From: Zygnema circumcarinatum SAG 698-1b
Lineage: Eukaryota > Plantae > Zygnematophyceae
Direction of reading: 5' to 3'
NCBI GenBank assembly: GCA_037447605.1
Contig: CM074816.1
Span: 186,001 to 250,000 of the forward strand
Length of the DNA: 64,000 nt
The notes beneath the pieces are model-generated. The model was not told where the DNA came from. It made no database searches and saw only the letters and a list, made by a program, of their open reading frames with translations. The first letter of the stretch is position 1. Every line of letters begins with the position of its first letter. Positions 57,248 to 64,000 of this stretch are shown piece by piece. Position numbers and translations under genes: made by a program.

Positions 57248-57924
57248 TTGTTGTAACGTGCATGAAAACATACAATTTATTACAACAAAAAGTTACCTTG
57301 TTTTCAGCTGATCATGCCGTTTGTCCTCCAGCTTGAGCAGCAGCATTAGCTCGTTTTATGAATAAAAACTATGGCGTTGTGAAGGGCCACAGGCAAGGCT
57401 ATGGGGCTGCGCGGCGGTTAGACTTGTACGGAATTGACATTGATTCACAACACAGCTGTTTGCATGGTGACTGATCGATTTACAATATTTCAAACGAAGC
57501 CAACTTCAACTTTTCTCGATGCAACCTTTTCTATACAGCTGAAACGAGTCTTTCCAAGGCACCTTCCCATGCAAACCCTTCAAATGAATATGACTGAGGC
57601 CACGTCTTTCCCTTCTTCTTATCCATAAAAAGAAACACAAAAATGCCGAACATTACAAGGGCAAACTAACCTCCTCATGACCTGTACAAACGAAGCTAAC
57701 TAACTAACTAATCAACTAACTAGCCAACTAACTAACTAACTAACCTACATTATAGACGTTAGGGTTAGCCCCCCTACAGTGCCCCTATGGACTCGCCTTC
57801 CCTAAGTTCACCCTCCAACTTAAAATTTGAAACTTTTGAACGTCCACTGGGCTCTCCCACTGACCAAATTTTCCTCACAAAGCTCGCCCTATACACCATA
57901 CATCCCAAGCCCACCAAACCCCTT

Positions 57925-59854
57925 TCAATCCTGCACGAAATAGCTGCCATTTTTGGACATGACATTGTAAGACAGACTGACTGTAGACATGATAGGACGC
58001 AGCTGCTTTATCCTCATTGGTTGAAGCTTACCATCAGGCGAAGCACTAATCAAAACTTCCCATCTCTGCTTAAACATGAGCAGCCTATTGTTTGAATCAG
58101 CTGTCAGATTCATCCCCCCTGGAAAAGGAGCAGGCTTTGTACCTTCCGGAGCATAGCAGTTCACATCAAACTGCATCTTTATCAAACTGACAGGTGTCAC
58201 GCTCGCAGCTAAGACTTGAAAGTTGCCTTTTTTGAAAGCTCTCTTTCCCAGCAACCCTAATAAAGCTTTTTCAAAGCTCTGAAACCGAGCATCCGATTGA
58301 TTAACTTGCGGTAGAGGCCATGCAAAGTCCGTCTCTCCTTCCAAAGTAGTCTGCAAAGCTTTTTCCTCTCTCTTCCATGACAATAACTCAACTGCTCCTG
58401 CAGAGATTCTCTTCACCTTCAGAAGATTCCCACTTGCAGGTGCTCTCTTTCCCTCTGTTTCTCCGAGTAGAAGCTTAGGAGGGGAAGCAACCAATGCAGA
58501 GGGTTTTACTATTCGAAGTGCAAGCATTGATCTCGCACCGTTTTTAAGACTCTGAGATTTTGCAGAGGCTCGTAATCTGTCGGTGAGAGCCATAAGTTCA
58601 GCCATGGCCTCTCCTTCTTCTTTCCCTCTCCTTCCCTCTCCTTTCTGAGAGAGAGGGAGAGGGAGATCAAGGGGACGTGCTAAGCTCACTCCTTGTGCTC
58701 CGTGAACTGTTACTGTTGCTCCATCTGCCAACACGACTTTCTTCACTTCGCCTGCATCTACATCATGCTGAACATGAAAAGAAGCCCGCGAATTTACATC
58801 CCCCCATCCAACCCCCCCAAAAAAAAAAAAGGTCAGTCACCTCTAGCCCCAAGAATCTGATCATCATCTTCAAAAAAACAATCCAATTTTGGCATTACAG
58901 AGCTCTGATCCTGCGTGTTCTCATTGAGTCTGCATATGAGACTTTGATACTGAATCAAGTATTTCAGCCACATACTTGAGTTTTATGTACTACTACTCAT
59001 AGGATACTTGACCTGGCAAAATCAATCATCTGGGAAGTAAGACGGCTTGCCTTTAATCGGTTTCCAGTATGTATGCCAGGTTTTCAGCCAAATTCGTTCA
59101 CTTCCCACTAAGATATTGCAAATTCACTCCCAAAAAACTTCTTTTCTCGACAATTATACTTCATTTCTCTTCACTTCACATGCAATTTCACTATCAAATT
59201 TCCCGATATTTCAATGCGAAGCTCACCGGCATGGCCAGCCGCAGCTGCCCCGCATCTTGTATCCAGAGCTCAAGCGGCCCCGCCAACTCAAAAGGCGGCA
59301 ATTCCGCTCCCTTCCACTGCTCCCCTCCCACCCTCCTCCCTCCTTCCGCCCACTCTCCTCCCTCCCCTCGCCCCCTTCCCCCCTTTCCCTCCTCTCCCAC
59401 TCCCACTCCCTCTTCCTCTCCCTCTCCCTCTCCCTCTCCCTTCCCCCCTTCCCTCCCTGCCGGCAGCGCCTCCCTAGTCAGGAGCGGCTCCCAGGCGGCG
59501 ATCTCCTCCGCCATGACCACTTCGGAGCGCGCTCCNNNNNNNNNNGGGGTGGGGGAGTTGGAAGAAAGGGAGAGGATTGAAGGAAGAGAGGTAGGGAGAG
59601 GGAAAGGAAGGAGAGGAGGTGCGGAGAAGAAGGGAGGGGAGGGAAAAGAAGGTGAATTGAGGGGGGAAAGGGCAGGAAATGTGGAGAGAGGGAGAGGAGA
59701 AGAGAGGGGAGGGCGCGCTCACAGAGGCTGCGGCGTCGAGAGAGTTGGGGAATTCGTCCTCCGCCGTTCGGCCATGGACAGGGAGGGAGGAGAGAGAGAG
59801 GGACAGCAGGAGGAGGAGGAGAGACGCTGCGGCTGGTGGTCTGCCGCTGCGCAT
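57925..59854 (-). CDS. TIN1: TUNICAMYCIN INDUCED 1 homologue. Exons 59854-59723, (gap)59536-59227, 58767-57925; part of exon 2 missing in N gap 59537-59546
   Basis: Signal peptide; PPFELAGPLELWIQDAGQLRLAMP-HDVDAGEVKKVVLADGATVTVHGAQGVSLARPLDLPLPL, LRIVKP, LKVKRISAGAVEL and FEKALLGLLG match AT5G64510 as recalled. Confidence 0.9.
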
Positions 59855-60265
59855 GCTCGCTGAAAACCTTACTTCAAATTTTTTTGAAAAAGTAAAAAGG
59901 TAAGAAAAAATAAGAAGATGGGTCTGCTTTAGCTTATCTTCTTCACTCGCTTCGCCACTTTTAATACCTTAACCTTTTTTTTTGTTTAAACTTCGGATAA
60001 ATGAAGGGTCTTCCTCTTCTGGGTTGCTCTCAGACAGATTCTCTTTTCACTGAGAAAAAGGTGAGGGGTTCGTTTAATTGGAAGGACGCAAACCACGAAA
60101 AAGGCCCACGAGCAAACCCTAATTTTCTACCCCAAAGAAATAGGACTAAAGAATGTTCTTTGTTCCTTCCACCGGCGGAGTGCGAGGCAAACGAAAGTGG
60201 CCGAGGGATCAACACAGGATCCACTTTTGTGGTGGAGATCCACTGAGGGCATTCTTAGATAGAAG

Positions 60266-60284
60266 CCAATAATATTTCGCCACG
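60266..60284 (+). promoter_or_regulatory. ER stress response element CCAAT-N9-CCACG upstream of TIN1
   Basis: CCAAT-AATATTTCG-CCACG is an exact ERSE consensus about 410 bp upstream of the TIN1 ATG. Confidence 0.65.
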
Positions 60285-61743
60285 TGTGTAAATTGTACAC
60301 GTGGCGTAAATCGATTGTGTGAATCTAGCTGGTGTTTGCTGTCAGTTGACCCATCGCTTAAATTTTCAAAAAAAATTCAAGAATTGAAATTGTCTGTCAC
60401 ATTCTGGGGTGGATCCCTGACCATTTGATGTCTGCTCGCCTCTGATTGGCTGAAGCCCACACGGACCGGCCCGTCATTGGTCAGAGCTTCCGTTAAGTGA
60501 CGTGTTTTTAAAAGATCAACACCAGATCAACAATTATAGAATTGAGATTTGATTCGTCGAAAGAGATTCCGGGATCAACGGAAAATTGACGGTTTTCGCT
60601 GATGTTGATCTGCAGCTAGTTTTGTTCAACTTTTCATGGTAGTTGATTTTTCGGCCCTTGTGGATGAACGGTCGTGCGCATGGAAACGTTTCCCGTTCAG
60701 TTCCAGTTAGAAAAGAGTCGTTGGCCCTCACGGAACGCGGCAGCCACAGCGAACGTCGTCACAGAAAAGTAGAGGAGGACGTTATAAAGAGAACAAAAAA
60801 TAATAAAAATAAATAAAAAAATGTCGAAGGAAGGTAACTATGTTCTGGGAGATTTCTTCGAGAAAGAAGAATAAAAATAAAAATAAAAGAATTAAAACGA
60901 GGGGGAGTTTCTGAATCGAGGACGCGTTGTTCTAAAATTAGGGTTCCATGGATCCGGCCTTCTCCGACGCTCCTCTCAGGGCAGGAAGAGTCCAAAAATG
61001 TACGGAATTAGGGTTTGACGAAAGGCGGGTGCTGGCGCATTTTGTGAGTTCCATCATCAAAATTTCATATTTTAATTTTATATTTTATCTTGCCTCGTTG
61101 TGTGGTTTTATTGAAGGCCAGTTCTTGAAGAGGAGGGTCTACGACTTGCAACCAAAAATATAATGAGTATTTTAGACTTCGAGCGTGCTGCATTTCATAT
61201 TGTCGGATTATTTAATTTAGATTGTGAATTGCCGTAATGTCATAAAGCGAAAAAATGTAGGCTCTATATATACATCATTCACCAAAAAATGTCATCAGCA
61301 ATTCTCTCTCTCTCTCCCCCTCTCTCTCTTTCTCCATCTCCCTCCTCTATCTCTCCCTCTCTCCCTCCCTCTCCCTCCCTCCCTCCCCCCCCCATCCCCC
61401 TCTCTCTCCACCCTGTCTCTCTCCTTCTCTCTCGTCCTCTCTCTGCGTCCCGCTCCCGCCCTTCCGTCCCTCCCTCTCCCCCCTCTCTCCCCACCGTCCC
61501 CCTCTCTCTCCACCCTCTCTCTCACCTTTCTCTCCCGACCCCTCTCTCTGCGTCCCGCTCCCGCCCTTCCCTCCCTCCCTCGCCCCCCCTCTCTCTCCCC
61601 CCGTCCCCCTCTCTCTCCACCCTCTCTCTCTCTCTCCTTTCTCTCTCGCCCCCTCTCTCTGCGTCCCGCTCTCCCCTTTCCCTCCCTCCCTCCCTAGCCT
61701 TGCTTGTGCACATTTTCCAGCAATTCAGCTGCAAGCAGCTCAC

Positions 61744-64000
61744 ATGGAACCGGCCGCTGTCCTTGAACTGGAGCAGGACCTCGACTGTTTCTATGCGCAA
61801 GTGGAGCAGTTACGGAGGCCCGAACTGAGGGACAAGCCCGTCGGCGTCACGCAGGTGACCTCCGTTAGGGTTCACTGCCATCAACGCTCTCTCCTTTTTT
61901 CTTTCATGTACTGCAAACTTCAAAGATTTTGAATCGTAAAGAAAGGTTTCCCACCTCAATATTAGCATTCTGCGGGACGAAAATAAAATTCATGAAATTT
62001 CCAATGCCAGAGAGCCCCCGAACATGAAAAAATCGAACTTCAGGATAAATTTAAAAATTGAATTTGAAAAATATTTCTGCTTTGGGCTCCAGAAATTTCT
62101 TGTCGTGACCTGCAACTACATGGCGCGCCAACTCGGGGTCCCAAAAATGGCTTCGATTTCGACAGCTCGCCTCAAGTAGGCAACAACCCCCCCCCCCCTT
62201 TTTATTTCAAGTTTAAGAAAACGCCCCTTTTGTAATTTCTTCTACTGTAGATGACGCCAAGTGCCCTCCCTCCCTCCCTTCCTCCCTCCCTCCCCTCCCC
62301 TCCCCTCCCCCTCCCCTCCCCTCCCCCTCCCCTCCCCCTCTCTCTCCCCCTCCCCTCCCCTCCCCTCCCCTCCCCTCCCCCTCCCCCTCCCCTCCCCTCC
62401 CTCCCCTCCTCCCTCCTCCCTCCCTCCCTCCCTCCCCCTCCCTCCCTCCTTCCCTCCTTCCCTCCTCCTCCCTCCCTCCCTCCCTCCCTCCCCTCCTCCC
62501 TCCCTCCCTCCCTCCCTCCCCTCCCCTCCCCCTCCCCTCCCTCCCTCCCTCCCCTCCCCTCCCTCCCTCCCTCCCTCCCTCCCCCCCCTCCCCTCCCTCC
62601 CTCCCTCCCTCCCTCCCTCCCTCCCTCCCTCCCTCATATGTGTGCCATATTTTCATTCATAAGTCTGACAGCCAATGGGAGCGCGCCAGGTGTCCCTCCC
62701 TGGTCCTGGTCAACGGCGAGGACCTCACTCCGTACCGCGCTGCGAGCCGGCGAGTCATGGCGGTGATCGCCCGCTTTGGAACACTCGAAAAGTCAGAATC
62801 AATACTCCAATTTGTATAATAAATACTTCAGAAAATCCGAAAAAATCTACATGAGAAATCATCATGATCACGAAAAATGCGAATTTCTATGCTTGAAAAC
62901 CCTCAAGCTTCTGCAATCTGAAGATATTTTCAACTTGAATATCGAAATTGCAGAGCTCATTTTTCTGTTTCTGATTAAGAGGGAGGGGACAGAGATCTGA
63001 ACTTCTTCAACTTTTGAGCCCTTTGATTGACAAGAACGAACATTTATGACAATGGGTGCCACGTGGCAGGCTTGGATTGGACGAAGCTGTGGTTGACGTC
63101 ACTGCTGAGGTGGACGCTCGAGTGCAATTGGGCGAAAAAATAAGTCATTTTTGTGGCCACGTTTATTCCTCTCCTTTGAAAACCACCCGAGAGGGCGTGA
63201 CATCTGTCACGGATTCCTCTCCCCCTACCACCACAGAAGGAGAAGAGAGCTCTATGTCCTCCGTTCCGTTAAACGGAACGGCGGCGCATGGAACCGCCGT
63301 TGAGCTCTGTGAGGAGGATGGCTCACACGTGCGGGAGATCCGCGAGAGCGAGATCCGACTAATGGCAGGCAGCCACGTGGCAGCGGAGATTCGGGCGGCG
63401 GTGGAGAAGGAGACGGGGTATCGCTGCTCCGCCGGAATCGCTCATAATGTGAGAGAGCACTTTTTGGGTTTAAGAGATTAGGGTTATGCCCTGAACCCTA
63501 ATATGCCTCGTTTTGGGATTTTAGGGTTAGGGTTTTTGGGTACTTGGGTTTAGGGTTTTTGGGATTGTAGGGTTATAGGCTATTTAGGGTTGGGTTTTTT
63601 AGGGTTCCAAATTCTCAGGGGGAAGGTCTTTAGATTTTTCCAGGACATTTAAAGGTCGATTTTTTGTAGGGCTCTGCAGGGTTTCAGGATTTTTAGGGTT
63701 CAGGGTTTTAGAGAAGCATCAAAGTATTAGGGCATGTGGAAACATGAAGCTCAATTTTGGCAGTTTGTGCCCTCGGTTTGGGTATGGATCGCATTTCTGT
63801 TTTCTGTTTCTTTTCTTTTTGTGTTCCTTAAACTTTCTTCTTTTTGTTCGTATGTATGTGTATATATATATATATATATATAATTTTTTTCTTTTTTTTT
63901 CTGACGCAGAAAATGTTGGCCAAAATGGCTTGCGGCCTGCACAAGCCGAATGCGCAAACGACGATATCTCCAACGGAGGTCCGCGGCTACATGTCGCCGC
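61744..64000 (+). CDS. POLI: Y-family DNA polymerase iota, 3' end outside window. Exons 61744-61854, 62093-62175, 62690-62791, 63070-63448, 63910->64000
   Basis: DLDCFYAQVEQLRRPELRDKPVGVTQKFLVVTCNY, KCPSLVLVNGEDLTPYR, LGLDEAVVDVT, GHVY, RLMAGSHVAAEIR and HKPNAQT follow the iota-specific pattern (LVLVNGEDLT, GHVY) rather than eta or kappa. Confidence 0.9.

Overview
Eukaryotic nuclear DNA from a green plant, most likely a streptophyte alga such as a zygnematophyte. This is inferred from spliceosomal GT-AG introns, TTTAGGG-type telomeric tracts, land-plant-type genes (FLU, TIN1, GT106, root-cap) and genes angiosperms lack (HU, Pol iota, a DAACS transporter). By joining exons by hand I can support 12 protein-coding genes: a bacterial-type secreted protein (5' cut off, one GC-AG intron), FLU, two intronless paralogs of the plant GTGVFLPR ('TIP41-like') family, an ARM-repeat protein, a GT106 O-fucosyltransferase-family protein, an HU-like protein, DEAD-box helicase RH24/DDX42, a DAACS symporter broken by an assembly gap, an Ole e 1 + root-cap protein, TIN1, and DNA polymerase iota (3' cut off). 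There are also two tRNA-Val(CAC) genes, one truncated by a gap. Introns are packed with (GA)n, (CCCCT)n and telomere-like tracts, and most long ORFs in the supplied track are low-complexity artefacts of these. The 31.7-37.1 kb region holds near-identical duplicated blocks joined at 10-N gaps, probably assembly redundancy. The best leads are: the HU gene with a targeting-like N-terminus and an exon bracketed by telomeric tracts in chromosome-end polarity; an IR-bounded element built from palindromes at 28.1-29.0 kb; strong over-representation of GCCACGTGGC; exon-scale GC3 mosaicism; and a perfect ERSE upstream of TIN1. I found no CRISPR array and no intact transposase. All family assignments come from recalled motif similarity, not database searches.
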